Source of the DNA: a virus
Taxonomy: Duplodnaviria; Caudoviricetes
IMG/VR virus record: IMGVR_UViG_3300008448_000091
Span: 1-57,869 of that record
Direction: 5' to 3' (one strand)
DNA length: 57,869 nucleotides
Part shown: piece by piece, positions 15,969-28,100 of the stretch
Position numbering within the stretch: the stretch's first letter is position 1
Layout of the letters: each line of letters opens with the position of its first letter
Notes under the pieces: model-generated
Told to the model about the DNA's origin: nothing
The model's database searches: none
Seen by the model: only the letters and a program-made list of their open reading frames with translations
Translations under genes and position numbers: made by a program

Positions 15969-17203
15969 AATCAATTGAACCAGGTGACGTATTAATTAAG
16001 CGCCTTTCGTTGTTTAACAAGGCACTCAGCGCAGAGGTCAATCCTCTTGATCAGCTTATGGGGTTTGATATCTTTGAGGATATGTCTAAACCTACCATGT
16101 ATGCAACGTTTGTTTTCAACGATGCTGTTAATCTACTTGAGAACTTCCCGATCATTGGTGAGGAAGTTATTGAAGTGGAAATTGAAACACCAGGAATATC
16201 AAAGTCCACAACATTTAGATTTAGAACCTTTGAGGTGGCTAATGTTCAGAAAGAGTTAAACGGTAAGTCTCTAATTTATACATTGAGATGTGTTAGTGAG
16301 GAACACTTATACAATGGGTCGTCTTTAATTACTCAGTCGTTTGAAGATACATTAAGCAATATGGTGCCTGTGATCCTTAAAAACTACATGAACACAAAAA
16401 AGCAAGTAATTATGGATCAAACGAAGGGTATACAAACTCTCGTAATTCCGAAAATTAACCCTTTGCAAACAATTGATATGATTAGACAAAGAGCTGTTAG
16501 TGCTGAGTACACAGCTTCTTCATATGTGTTCTTTGAAAACCAGGCAGGGTTTAATTTTAAAACCATTGAGGGGCTAATGAGGGCGAGTAAGAAAACTATT
16601 GGTTCCCGTGAATACAATGCACAAGAAAATCCTATGGGATCGAAGCAAGCACAGGCTAATGCTTTCAGAACAATTTTAAATTATCAAAACATTGCGCGTG
16701 CTGACTCAAATAGAAAAGCAGCGCAAGGTGTGTATAAAGCTATAACAAATGTATTTGATATCAATGAAAAATCGTTTAGTAGTTCAAACTTCGATATGAC
16801 ATCAATCTTTAAAAAGCTTGAAAAAGTTGGAGATGGAAAGCAAATTCCAAATACACCTGAATTCATTGAGGAGTTTAGTACTGGCGTTCCTAAACAATTC
16901 TTTGTTCCTAAAGATAGTTTAAGACCAGATAACTTCATTGATACAATGGTTGCGGTTCGCAATTCATTTGCTGTCCTACTTAACTCTGATACCACTCGAG
17001 TGCAAGTTCATGGAGACTCAGGTCTCAAGGTCGGGGATATGGTAACACTAAACCTACCACAAGCAACAGGTCTAACAGCTAAAAGAAAACAAGACAAATT
17101 ATCGTCCGGTAATTATTTAATTATCAGATTGAGACATTCAATTACACCTAGTACAGCATCAAAACATACAATTGTTTTTGACTGTGTGAAGATGGGAGTT
17201 TAA
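15965..17203 (+). CDS. baseplate hub (gp27-like)
   Basis: DIFEDM, FPIIGEE, YVFFEN..GFNFKTIE, VHGD..LKVGD, SGNYLI; between gp53 and gp5. Confidence 0.7.
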   Translation: MKSIEPGDVLIKRLSLFNKALSAEVNPLDQLMGFDIFEDMSKPTMYATFVFNDAVNLLENFPIIGEEVIEVEIETPGISKSTTFRFRTFEVANVQKELNGKSLIYTLRCVSEEHLYNGSSLITQSFEDTLSNMVPVILKNYMNTKKQVIMDQTKGIQTLVIPKINPLQTIDMIRQRAVSAEYTASSYVFFENQAGFNFKTIEGLMRASKKTIGSREYNAQENPMGSKQAQANAFRTILNYQNIARADSNRKAAQGVYKAITNVFDINEKSFSSSNFDMTSIFKKLEKVGDGKQIPNTPEFIEEFSTGVPKQFFVPKDSLRPDNFIDTMVAVRNSFAVLLNSDTTRVQVHGDSGLKVGDMVTLNLPQATGLTAKRKQDKLSSGNYLIIRLRHSITPSTASKHTIVFDCVKMGV

Positions 17204-17205
17204 CA

Positions 17206-18018
17206 ATGACAACAAACAGTATTGGCGAAGAAGGTTTTAGATGGTTTATTGGTGTTATTGAGGATCGTGATGATCCTGAAAAGCTAGGCCGTGTACGCAT
17301 TCGCGCTTTCAACATTCACGGAACAAAAACAGAAGCTCCAACTAATACACTACCATGGGCAACAGTATTAATGCCAGGATATAGTGCAAGTTTGAAAGAA
17401 GTAGGTCAATCACCAACAGGTCTTCAAGTTGGATCCACTGTGGTTGGTTTCTTCATAGATGGTAATGAAACAAACATGCCTGTTATTTTTGGTGTGCTTC
17501 CTGGTAAAGGTGATATTTCGTTATTGGCTGCAGAACAAAATCGTTTAGAAAAACAAACAATTGGACCAGAACCACAATCAGCATATGGCAGTAAGTATCC
17601 TTTCAACAAAGTGTTTAAATCCGAATCCGGGCATGCAATTGAGATTGACGACACTCCTAACGCAGAAAGACTGCACACCTTCCATAGAAGTGGAACGTAT
17701 ACAGAGGTTGATTATTCAGGAAGAAGAGTCAATAAGATTGTTGGTGATGATTATGAAATCGTACAGAAAAATCAAACAATCTATATTCAAGGGAATGTGG
17801 ATATAAAAGTTAAGGGTAGCTATACGTTGGATGTAGACGGACCTGTTGTAATTAATGGATCAACAGTAAATATCAATCACGGTACTCAAGGCGCAGCTCG
17901 AGTGGGAGATCCTGCTGAAGCTCAAGATAACACCGATGATGTTGGTGGATCACCATTTGTTAACAACACTATTGACAAAATACAATCCGGCTCCAAGACC
18001 GTATTCATCGGAGATTAA
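17206..18018 (+). CDS. gp5: baseplate central spike, without a lysozyme domain
   Basis: WFIGVIEDRDDPEKLGRVRIR OB fold, YPFNKV..SESGH.IEIDDTP, beta-helix, PAAR-like tail. Confidence 0.92.
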   Translation: MTTNSIGEEGFRWFIGVIEDRDDPEKLGRVRIRAFNIHGTKTEAPTNTLPWATVLMPGYSASLKEVGQSPTGLQVGSTVVGFFIDGNETNMPVIFGVLPGKGDISLLAAEQNRLEKQTIGPEPQSAYGSKYPFNKVFKSESGHAIEIDDTPNAERLHTFHRSGTYTEVDYSGRRVNKIVGDDYEIVQKNQTIYIQGNVDIKVKGSYTLDVDGPVVINGSTVNINHGTQGAARVGDPAEAQDNTDDVGGSPFVNNTIDKIQSGSKTVFIGD

Positions 18019-18020
18019 AA

Positions 18021-18449
18021 GTGGCACTAATACAAAAAAAAGCAAATTTATCACCTATTAAAGCAACGCCCGAATTCTTTTCTGACTTTTTAACTAACCT
18101 CAATGTTACCAATGTCAAAAAGGATTTAACAAGAGCTGTTAATGAAGAGGCAGTAAAGACATCAATACGAAATCTATTGCTAACGAATAGAGGTGATCGC
18201 TTTTTTAGAAACACAATAGGAAGTGACTTGAGATCGATGTTGTTTGAGTTATCATCGCCTGCTAACGAGCAAATGATTGCAGACCTCATCAGAACCACAA
18301 TTGATAACTATGAGCCTCGTGCCGATATTGTAGATGTGCGTGTTGAATCTGACGATGACAACAATATGGTTATTGCAACTATTGTTTTCAATATCATAAA
18401 TAAAGAAGAACCTATTGTTCTCGATTTAATTCTTAACAGGATCCGATAA
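18021..18449 (+). CDS. gp25: baseplate wedge/sheath initiator
   Basis: AVKTSIRNLLLT..GDR, LFE, NYEPR. Confidence 0.92.
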   Translation: MALIQKKANLSPIKATPEFFSDFLTNLNVTNVKKDLTRAVNEEAVKTSIRNLLLTNRGDRFFRNTIGSDLRSMLFELSSPANEQMIADLIRTTIDNYEPRADIVDVRVESDDDNNMVIATIVFNIINKEEPIVLDLILNRIR

Positions 18450-20237
18450 ATGGCCAACACAAGTATAAATTTAGTTGGTTTAGATTTTGCCTCTTTAAAA
18501 GACAATCTAAAGACTTACTTAAAAACCAACACACAATTTAAGGACCTCGATTATGAAGGTTCTAATATCAACGTGCTACTTGATTTGTTGGCTTACAATA
18601 CCTATCTAAATTCCTTTTACACAAACATGGTTGCTAGCGAGATGTTCCTCGATACAGCAACGTTGCGTGATAGTGTTGTATCACACGCAAAGAGTTTGAA
18701 TTATACACCACGATCATATGTATCGTCGTATGCTGATGTCACAATTAATATAACACCCACCACAACTGTTACAAACGTTTATGTTCCTAAGAACACAACA
18801 TTTACAGCACGCGTTGGTTCAAACACATACACATTTTCAACTAACGATTCTAATGTACTGACACAATCTAATAACGGTGTGTTCTCGTTGGGTACGTCAA
18901 TTTACGAAGGCGTGAACCTCACAGAGTCGTTCACTGTTGATAATAGTAACACCGTTCAACGTTTTGTGTTATCTAATCCTTCTGTTGATATTTCCAGCGT
19001 CTCGATCACTGTGTTAGAAGATAATGGTGATGTGACTCTTGATTACGTACGTGCAACCAGTCTCGTTAACTTAACTGCAACTACACAGGGCTTCTTTGTT
19101 GTAGCAGCAGAGAATGAACAATACGAGATACAGTTTGGTGATAATACGTTTGGTAGAAGTCCAAAGGATGGTGCAATTATTGTTGTCAAATATAGAGCTG
19201 CAAGCGGCGAATTACCTAACGGTGCAAGCGTCTTTGTGTCTGACGGATCGATTGATGGACATACAAACGTTGCTATAACAACTGTTGTAAATGCTCGCTA
19301 TGGTCAGATCAATGAGTCCTTAGAAAGTATCCGCACAAATGCTATTCGTAATTATCAAGTCCGCGGTCGTGCTGTAACTACAAGCGATTATGAAGTATTA
19401 CTGAAAACTCAATTCCCTGAAATTGAAAGTATCTCTGCATATGGTGGAGAAAATATCGAACCGCCACAGTTTGGTAAAGTATACATTGCAGTTGATATAC
19501 AAAACGCTGATGGTACACCACAAAACAGACTAGACACATACAAACAATACATTACAGATAAGACACCTGTATCGATTGATGTGGTGTTCATACAACCTGA
19601 ATTCATGTATGCACAGATTATTGCTGATGTTAAGTATAACACTAACCTTACAACAAAGCTGTCCAGTGATATTAAAACTTTAGTTCAAGCGAAGATAAGT
19701 GAGCACAATACAACGTATCTTAATGGTTTCAAAAAGACGTTATACTATAGTAAAATGGTATCTGATATAACATCAGCTGATACAAGTATTGTCAGCAACG
19801 ATACAACAATTAAAGCAATTAAGATTATTAACCCAACTTTATCAGCTGCTCAGAGTTTCACGGTTAACTACGGTTTTCCGCTTGAGACGGAGACGGGTGT
19901 AAGGTTATCGGTTCCTGAATATCACTATGGCCATACAGTGCAGTCCTCAGCGTTCTTGTATAATGGCAATCGTTGTATTTTGACGGACGATACACAGGGT
20001 ACTTTATACATTGCCAAAGTTGTTGCAGATACAGTTGAGATAGTTGTTGCGGTCGGTACCGTCAATTATACGATTGGCCAAATTTTAATTAACAATCTGA
20101 ATGTTTCAAGTTATGAAGGTAGCGGTATTAAGATTTACGTAAGACCTGATACAAAAGATTTTGCTAGTACGAAGAATGTTTTGTTGTCTATTAAAGACAG
20201 CGATGTGACGGTTAACATCACACCAGTTAAAGTATGA
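18450..20237 (+). CDS. gp6: baseplate wedge subunit
   Basis: LDFASLKDNL, FKDLDYEGS, LLDLLAYNT, RAVTTSDY, PPQFGKVYI. Confidence 0.95.
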   Translation: MANTSINLVGLDFASLKDNLKTYLKTNTQFKDLDYEGSNINVLLDLLAYNTYLNSFYTNMVASEMFLDTATLRDSVVSHAKSLNYTPRSYVSSYADVTINITPTTTVTNVYVPKNTTFTARVGSNTYTFSTNDSNVLTQSNNGVFSLGTSIYEGVNLTESFTVDNSNTVQRFVLSNPSVDISSVSITVLEDNGDVTLDYVRATSLVNLTATTQGFFVVAAENEQYEIQFGDNTFGRSPKDGAIIVVKYRAASGELPNGASVFVSDGSIDGHTNVAITTVVNARYGQINESLESIRTNAIRNYQVRGRAVTTSDYEVLLKTQFPEIESISAYGGENIEPPQFGKVYIAVDIQNADGTPQNRLDTYKQYITDKTPVSIDVVFIQPEFMYAQIIADVKYNTNLTTKLSSDIKTLVQAKISEHNTTYLNGFKKTLYYSKMVSDITSADTSIVSNDTTIKAIKIINPTLSAAQSFTVNYGFPLETETGVRLSVPEYHYGHTVQSSAFLYNGNRCILTDDTQGTLYIAKVVADTVEIVVAVGTVNYTIGQILINNLNVSSYEGSGIKIYVRPDTKDFASTKNVLLSIKDSDVTVNITPVKV

Positions 20238-23200
20238 GAAACATAGAAGATTTAATCTCGCCGCTTATACAAGCACAGTTCCCTTCCTTCTATGAGGAAG
20301 AGGGACCTATATTTATTGACTTTGTTAAGTCATACTATAAGTGGTTAGAGACAGAAAACCAACAACTATACTACTCGCGAAATCTGTTAGAGTATAGAGA
20401 CATTGATAAAACTATCGATGCGTTTGTTGTTCATTTTAAAGAAACATACTTAAAAGATATACCGCTTGGTACGTCGGTCGATGAACGCTTTCTTGTAAAG
20501 CATATATTAGACCTTTACCAAAACAAAGGCAATGAGCAAAGTGTGAAGCTGGCAATGCGTGCATTGTTCAATACAGCCGCATCTGTGTATACACCTGGTA
20601 ATGATATTCTTAAACCCTCAGATGGTATCTGGCGGCTTCCTCGCTATCTTGAAGTATCAACCAGTCCCCGTAATATATCTTTCGTCAATCAACAAATAGT
20701 TGGCACGAAGACGGGTGCAGTGGCGTTTTGTGAAAGACTTGTTAAAAAAAGAGTAAATGGTAGATTTATTGACGTCTTGTTTTTATCTAATATTCAAGGC
20801 GACTTTTCTTTTAGAGAGCAAATTGTAGCATCCTCAAATACCTCCACCGTTGATGCTCCTACTGTTGAAGGATCGTTAACAACTTTAGATGTATTGAATG
20901 GTGGTCAAAACTTTTCTGTTGGTGATGAGTTTAATGTGGTGTCTACTTCAGGTCGTGGCGGAAAAGCAATTGTTTCATCTATTGTGGATGCAACAGGGCG
21001 TGTAACGTTTGTAATTGAGGATGGCGGTTTTGGTTATACGAATACGGCAACTGTTTACATATCAGATAAAGTTCTGGGGTTGTCAAATGTAGATAACACT
21101 GACACGTCTATCGATACTTTTACTTTTTTAGAAACTGTATCTCAAAACCTTGTTAGTGTGACATATGATACAGCAGTTAATAGTGCTTTCTTTACAGTCA
21201 ACACAACAATTCAGACAGCCAATGCTACTCATACAGCTACAGCTGGTATTGTGTCTTCTGTTATTAACTCAAACACTACAGGAGTATTGAAAGTAGCACC
21301 TCTATCGGGTGATTTGTTTGCAACAAATACTACGTTTGCTGCTAAGTTGTTTAATTTAACTTACGATAGTTCTTCGAATGTTTCACTGTTTGCTAACGGT
21401 AGCATTATTGAGTCTGTCAATGCTACAACAACAGCAAACGCTTTAATCATATCATGTGCTACAAGCAACACAACTCGTGGTACAATGCTAATTAGCCAAA
21501 TATCAGGTAACGTAGCTACTGTCAATACAACGTTTAGATTAGCTACTAATACTGCCACGCAAGCGACTATCAATACTACTGCTAGTGTATTACAGTTTAC
21601 CTCTAACCTATCGTTGACTGCAGCAAAGACAGTTAACACAGATATTACCGCAACAGGAATATTGATATCCTCTGGCAACGCTACTGTGACGTCAGGTAAT
21701 GGGTACATTGGTGTTGATAGTGTCTTGAATGCGTTCATTTCAAATACCATCTTTTCTTCTATTGTTGGAGCAACATCAAACACGACAGCTAATGTGGTGT
21801 TTGTAAGTACAGGATCTGATGCAGCATTTAATATTGGTTCTCTTTCAGATACAGAGTCTGTTTTTATAGCAACAGACCGCCTTTCTAGCAGAAACACTGG
21901 TAACATTCTTTTTATGGATATTAATTTGGATTTAAATCCAAATAATGCGAACGCAGCTGGGTATGGCTTTGCCAAACTTCCTAGTGCTAATGTTGATAGC
22001 GTTTTACTTGACGCATTCTTTATACAAACTCAGACAATTGGATCAATTTCATCGCTGAAAAATATCAATCCTGGTTCTGATTATAATATTGACCCCTATG
22101 TTGTAGTTCGAGAATTTAATATTGCGTCACAGAACATACCTGAGATTGACATAGCATACACATCTGCAAACGGCACATATGTTGTTGGTGAGTATGTAAG
22201 ACAAGTATCGGGACTGACAGGTGTACAGTTAACAGTTTCTGATTTTCACGGAAATACAGCTAATGGTACAGTGTCTACAACGTATACTATTAGCGAGCAG
22301 GTATACCAAACTAACGGAGCATCAACATTTGCGAGTGGGTTTGCTAATGTTGCTTCAATAAATTCAACAGGATCTGGATCGGTCTTGTTAATCAATACAA
22401 CAGGAACATTTGCCCCCACTGTTAGTTTTTCTTTTAATAGTAACAGTGCTGTTTCAAATACAAATGATTTTATTACTCTTACATCACATACGTTTGCAAA
22501 TAACGACTATCTGACGTATTATGTGGATACAGGCAACACAGCTATAGGTGGGCTAACGGATGAGAGTAGCTACTATGTTGTTGATGCAAATTCTTCTGGT
22601 GTTAAATTATCTTTAACACATAGCGGTGGTGCAATAGATATTACTGCTGGTGCAAACCAAACAGGACACAGTCTAAAGAAAAATATTGTATTCGGACTTA
22701 CGTCTGGATCGAAAGCTATCGTGTCGCTTGTTAACACGAGTGTGACTGTTAATGCAACAGCAACGGGTAAAGTAATTAACGCTTATCCAACAGCTAACGT
22801 ACCTTACCTGCAAGTGAGACCATTGTCTTTTAACTCCACTTTTGGAGTTGGCAATACTCTTATTGGTATCACATCAGGTGCAACAGCATTGATTGGTACT
22901 ATATCATCAAACCCAACAGCTGCAGTCATGGGATTGAATGCTGTTATATCTGCTAATGTGCAAGTAGCAAATGCTACTGCTAGTACATTGACTGTTGTAG
23001 ATTCAGGATATGGTTATATTGACGATGAAAATGTTTCACTTCAGGCTGCTAACACACCTTACATTGTGACAGCAAGATCTTCTGTACTTAAGCAGGGTGT
23101 GGGTGAAGGATACTTTGTGTCCACAAAAGGATTCTTATCAAATGATAAGAAACTAATTGATAGCGATTACTATCAGGAATATAGTTACGAAGTACAATCG

Positions 23201-23341
23201 CGTGTTCCTTTCTCAAGATATGCTGATGTATTGAAGAGTTTATTGCATGTAGCAGGTACAAAAATGTTTGGACGTGTTGTAATTGATTCGTTTGCAAACA
23301 GTCAGCTAACAGTTGCAAACAGCTCTGTAGAGATACTCTAA
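20234..23341 (+). CDS. gp7: baseplate wedge initiator
   Basis: QFPSF...FVKSYYKWLE, KGNEQS, C-terminal DSDYYQEYSYEV..LLHVAGTKMFG. Confidence 0.85.
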   Translation: MRNIEDLISPLIQAQFPSFYEEEGPIFIDFVKSYYKWLETENQQLYYSRNLLEYRDIDKTIDAFVVHFKETYLKDIPLGTSVDERFLVKHILDLYQNKGNEQSVKLAMRALFNTAASVYTPGNDILKPSDGIWRLPRYLEVSTSPRNISFVNQQIVGTKTGAVAFCERLVKKRVNGRFIDVLFLSNIQGDFSFREQIVASSNTSTVDAPTVEGSLTTLDVLNGGQNFSVGDEFNVVSTSGRGGKAIVSSIVDATGRVTFVIEDGGFGYTNTATVYISDKVLGLSNVDNTDTSIDTFTFLETVSQNLVSVTYDTAVNSAFFTVNTTIQTANATHTATAGIVSSVINSNTTGVLKVAPLSGDLFATNTTFAAKLFNLTYDSSSNVSLFANGSIIESVNATTTANALIISCATSNTTRGTMLISQISGNVATVNTTFRLATNTATQATINTTASVLQFTSNLSLTAAKTVNTDITATGILISSGNATVTSGNGYIGVDSVLNAFISNTIFSSIVGATSNTTANVVFVSTGSDAAFNIGSLSDTESVFIATDRLSSRNTGNILFMDINLDLNPNNANAAGYGFAKLPSANVDSVLLDAFFIQTQTIGSISSLKNINPGSDYNIDPYVVVREFNIASQNIPEIDIAYTSANGTYVVGEYVRQVSGLTGVQLTVSDFHGNTANGTVSTTYTISEQVYQTNGASTFASGFANVASINSTGSGSVLLINTTGTFAPTVSFSFNSNSAVSNTNDFITLTSHTFANNDYLTYYVDTGNTAIGGLTDESSYYVVDANSSGVKLSLTHSGGAIDITAGANQTGHSLKKNIVFGLTSGSKAIVSLVNTSVTVNATATGKVINAYPTANVPYLQVRPLSFNSTFGVGNTLIGITSGATALIGTISSNPTAAVMGLNAVISANVQVANATASTLTVVDSGYGYIDDENVSLQAANTPYIVTARSSVLKQGVGEGYFVSTKGFLSNDKKLIDSDYYQEYSYEVQSRVPFSRYADVLKSLLHVAGTKMFGRVVIDSFANSQLTVANSSVEIL

Positions 23342-23373
23342 ATACTTTATATTTACTAATTACGGTATAACAA

Positions 23374-25146
23374 ATGGCAAAAAATCTTTTAACAGATTAT
23401 TTCAGCTTGCATAACGCAAAGCAATTTACAGAATCTATATCTGAAACAGCAAACAACATCTACTACGTGTTTGCTGGTCGTCATACACCATACACAGGTG
23501 GAGATGGTGCTATTCCGGATACCGTTAATAGCACCGAAGCTGTTAACATTGATGTATACAAAGAAGCTGTTTTTGGTAAGAAGCTTGAACAAGCAGATGT
23601 CAAAATAATGGTCCCTCGTTATGATTGGGTAACTAACACTGTGTACGCTGCCTACAGTAGTGATACTGATATTAGTGGGACAAACTTTTTTGTTGTGGTT
23701 GATGCTACCTCCGAACATCATGTTTTTAAGGTACTCGATAATAACAACGGTGCACCATCAACAGTAGCACCCAACTTCAACGATACGGCAGCTGATGATG
23801 AGTTTTATAGTACAAGCGATAAATACGTGTGGAAGTACATGTATACTATTGACACATCGACGTTTGAAAAGTTTGCAACAGATGATTTTGTCCCGGTTGT
23901 AACAAACGCAAATGTAGTTGCTAATGCTGTATCTGGTGCAATTGATGTTGTTAAAATTGTATCAGCTGGTGATCGGTATAACACTACAATTTCCGGTACC
24001 TTCAATTCAGGTGACATTTCAATTAGTGGTGATAATACTAGGCATGCAATTGCTAACACAGCTAGTTCTGTTGAAGATTTCTACAATGATAGTTACATTT
24101 ACATATCTGGTGGTACAGGCGCGGGCCAAACCCGTAAAATTGTAAATTATACTGTTGATATAGCTACATCAAAAAAGATTATAACAATTGCAACCCCGTT
24201 CACAACCTCACCTGCTATTAATTCAACATATGAAATAACACCAGCTGTTTATATTACGGGAGATGGATCAGGTGCAATTGTGCGTGCTATTGTTAATACA
24301 TCTTCCTCAAACAGTATAACACGGATTGAAGTATTAGATAGAGGTGCAAACTACACATATGCAACTGCAACTGTAGCAGGCAATCGCGGTGGTGCAACCA
24401 CAAACGCTGCTGTTGTTCAAGCTGTGCTAGCTCCTAAAGGTGGTCATGGATCAAACCCAGAGTTTGAATTAGGTGGCAAATATCTGGGTGTTAGCGTCAC
24501 TTTTGCAAATAGTGAGTCAGGTACAATATCCGTAGCAAATGATTACAGGACAATTGGGATTGTAAAGGATCCTAAATTTGCAAATGTAGAACTAACACTA
24601 GCTACAACAACAGGTGTGTTTGTTGATGAAGAACTAGTTACACAAGCAAATTCATTAGCAACAGGAATAGTTACATCCGTAACACCATCGACTATTTCAT
24701 TATCAAATGTAACAGGTGTATTTGTAACAGGTAAAACAATTACAGGTAATACATCATCTTCTTCTGCAAACGTTGTATCTTTTACAATAAATGGAGTATC
24801 TAAAAACTTCTCTACGTTTGATAATCGTCATAAATACACATACTCGAGTGGATCTGGAACCTTTAGTGAAGATGAGGTAATCTCGCAAACCATCGATAGT
24901 GTAACTGTTAATGCCTATTATCACTCTAACGATGCTAGTTTTTATTATATGACAGACCTCAGAGGTACGTTTACGTTAACGCAGCCGGTTGTAGGTTCAA
25001 ATACAAACGCTGATGTTACTCTAACGGCTTACTATCCTCCAGATATTGTTGAGGGTAGTGGTGAGGTCCTATACATAGAGAATCTGGACCCCATCGAGCG
25101 TAGTGCTAGTCAGTCGGAGAGAGTTAAGTTAATCTTAAAATTCTAA
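23374..25146 (+). CDS. gp8: baseplate wedge subunit
   Basis: PRYDW, VFKVLDNNNG, YVWKYMY, PKGGHGSNP, GEVLYIEN..PIERS.SQSERVKLILKF. Confidence 0.9.
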   Translation: MAKNLLTDYFSLHNAKQFTESISETANNIYYVFAGRHTPYTGGDGAIPDTVNSTEAVNIDVYKEAVFGKKLEQADVKIMVPRYDWVTNTVYAAYSSDTDISGTNFFVVVDATSEHHVFKVLDNNNGAPSTVAPNFNDTAADDEFYSTSDKYVWKYMYTIDTSTFEKFATDDFVPVVTNANVVANAVSGAIDVVKIVSAGDRYNTTISGTFNSGDISISGDNTRHAIANTASSVEDFYNDSYIYISGGTGAGQTRKIVNYTVDIATSKKIITIATPFTTSPAINSTYEITPAVYITGDGSGAIVRAIVNTSSSNSITRIEVLDRGANYTYATATVAGNRGGATTNAAVVQAVLAPKGGHGSNPEFELGGKYLGVSVTFANSESGTISVANDYRTIGIVKDPKFANVELTLATTTGVFVDEELVTQANSLATGIVTSVTPSTISLSNVTGVFVTGKTITGNTSSSSANVVSFTINGVSKNFSTFDNRHKYTYSSGSGTFSEDEVISQTIDSVTVNAYYHSNDASFYYMTDLRGTFTLTQPVVGSNTNADVTLTAYYPPDIVEGSGEVLYIENLDPIERSASQSERVKLILKF

Positions 25147-25155
25147 GAGGAATAA

Positions 25156-28100
25156 ATGAGTTTTGAAACCAATCTAAGCGCCGCCCCTTATTGGGATGAT
25201 TACATTGAAGAAAGAGATTTTTATAAAGTCCTCTTCAAACCCGGTGTCGCTGTTCAAACAAGAGAGTTGAATCAGCTCCAAACTATTCTTCAAAAACAAA
25301 TTGAAAGATTTGGAGATCACGTTTTCAAGAGTGGTACCATTATTAGTGGTGTTAACTTCTTCTACAATCCCCTTTTCCCTTATATTAAAATTACTGACTT
25401 ACAGGAAGACGGTCAGCCTGTTGCACTTTCAACGTACAGAGGTTTATTTGTCAAGAATTCTGCTAATTTGCAGGCTCAAGTTCTTTTTTATATTAACGGA
25501 TTTGAGGCAAAAGCTCCTGATTTAAACACGCTGTATCTTTCATATATTAATGCCGGTAACACCTACGACATCTCTGCGTTTTCTAACAATGATGTGCTAG
25601 ATGTATTCAGTAAAGATAGTATCATCTTTGATATTGATGTTACCAATGGCGGAACCGGATTTGCAAATAGCGACGTTTTACATGTTGTTAGCGCTATCAA
25701 TGTTAATGTGCTTACTGGTTCTTTCAGTGTTGGTGATGTTATTCAGCAATCTACGACTGGTGCTGTTGTTCAAGTTACAGCAGTTGCAAACGGCGCAAAT
25801 TCAACCGCGAAGATATTATCTATCAAGCCACGTAATATAGATTTATCTAACACATCGGGTACATCTACAGCATGGACAATTGAGGTTGGTTACAATGTGG
25901 GTAATGTTAGTACATCCGTTAGTGCAAACGTTATTTCATTAATAGGTAGTGGAGCTGTTGGTTCTATTATTACCGATTCTCTTGGCGTTGTACAAAATAT
26001 TGTGCTTTCCAATAACGGTACAGGATATACAACACTACCATATGCAGCAATCAAACCGGGTAGCGTATCCGCTTCGGTTGCTACACTCGATCTCACACCA
26101 AGATCCTACCTCGCAAAAGTAAGAGTAGCATCACTAGCCAATTCCGTAGGTTTTGGTTATGCTTTTGGTATCACACCTGGTGTAATTTACCAGAAAGGTA
26201 TTTTTTCTAGAGTCGATTCACAATTCGCTGTTGTTTCAAAATATGACACAACACCTAATAACACATCTGTAGGATTCAAATCTAACGAATCTATTGTTAC
26301 ATATAGATCAGATTCTTCGTTGTATGACAATGCAGCGAACACCTACAATGAGGCGGCACCTGGAGCAGACCGTTTAAAGGTATCACCGACTTTAAGTGTT
26401 GTTAATACAGATATTGCTGCCGCAAACTCGGAGTTTCTTACTCTGGTTGAGTTTGAAAACGGCGAGCCAGCTAAGGAAAACCGTAACACGGTATATAATG
26501 AAATAGCTAAAGAGTTCGAAAGAAGAACGACCGAATCAGCGGGTGATTATGTTGTTAATTCGTTTCGATCATTCACAAAAGAAATCAATGGTAACACAAC
26601 TCATTTGAGTGTTGTTATTGATCCAGGTATTGCTTATATTTCAGGTAAACGGGTTCAACTAACAGCACCTATTACTCGAGCTGTTGCAAAGGCTAGCACA
26701 ACAGCTAACTCTACAAATCAAACCATTACTGCTAATTATGGTAATTATATATTAGTACAACAGCTGGGTGGGTATTTTGATTTTAAGTCAGGAACAACAA
26801 TAGACTTATATGATACAGCAAAAACTTTACTTACTAGCTTAGCTGGTATGGGTTCTATTACCGCGGCAGGTAACCTGATTGGTACAGCACGTATTAGATC
26901 TCTTGTTTTTGATAGTGGTACTGAAGGAACGCCAAACGCTAGGTATCGTGCTTATTTGTTTGATATTGTAATGAGTTCTGGCAAGTCATTTAGAGATGTA
27001 AGAAGTATATTCTATAATGGTACTCAAAAAGGTGTTGCTGATTTAATTCTGGAGCAGGATGGTACGACTAGTGCCAATGTAGCGGTGTTGTATGACACAG
27101 AGCGTACAGATATAATCTTCCCTGTAGGAGCTAAAGCTGTTAAGTCTGTCACCGATATCAGTTACACATATAGAACGAGTAGGCTTGATGAGGCTTTTAA
27201 CGCTAACGGAATAATTTCTTTTGCATTGACGGGCACCGACAAATTTCCATACAGCGATGGTAATTTATCATCTACACTGAAAGGTGACTTCCTTGTTGTT
27301 CCAACAACAAACGCATATTCCGCTAATCTAACATCTACAGTATTAGCAAATACAAGTACAGCTAACTTGATTGGCAGTGCAACAGCATTTGCAACGGATT
27401 TTGAGGCTGGTGATTATATCGGATTGTGGAATGGTGCAACTGTTGTTCCTTCACTAATTAGTAGTGTTGTAAACAACACGTTAATTATTCTTGGCGCAAA
27501 CGCAACGTTTGGTAATACAGCTGCAAACTACAATCAGTTCTACCCTGCAAACTATCCTATACCAATTATTGATAGAGCAGCACGAACTATTAATATTCAC
27601 TCTTCTTCTACCACTGCAAAGATTACAATTGGAACACTAGTTGCTTCTGTTAATACAAACATATATTATAATGTTAAAGTAGCGACTGCTACTCCTGTGA
27701 CAAAGAGTGTGGTGAGGGATGCGTATGTTAAACTGTATACAGGTAACAATGTTACTGTATCTGCTTCGGGAAATAATACGACAGGACCTTGGTCTCTTGG
27801 TCTGCCTGATGTGTTTAGACTAAAGGAAGTTTATCTAGGCAATACAACATCAGATACAGTTATCACAAAGTATTTTTATATAAACTCCTACAATGATGGT
27901 GATACAATTAAAAATGCGGAATTAAGATTAATTCCTGGTGCTAATTTAGCTCTTTCTAATACATCATGGTTGTTGGTAAAGTTTGATACTTTCAGTTCAG
28001 CTGCTGAAGGCCTTGTCACGATTGATTCATTCAATGGTATCATTAACGATGCTGGTGGCTTTAGTAACAGCTCTTCCATTAACTTGTTAGAAGTTCCTGA

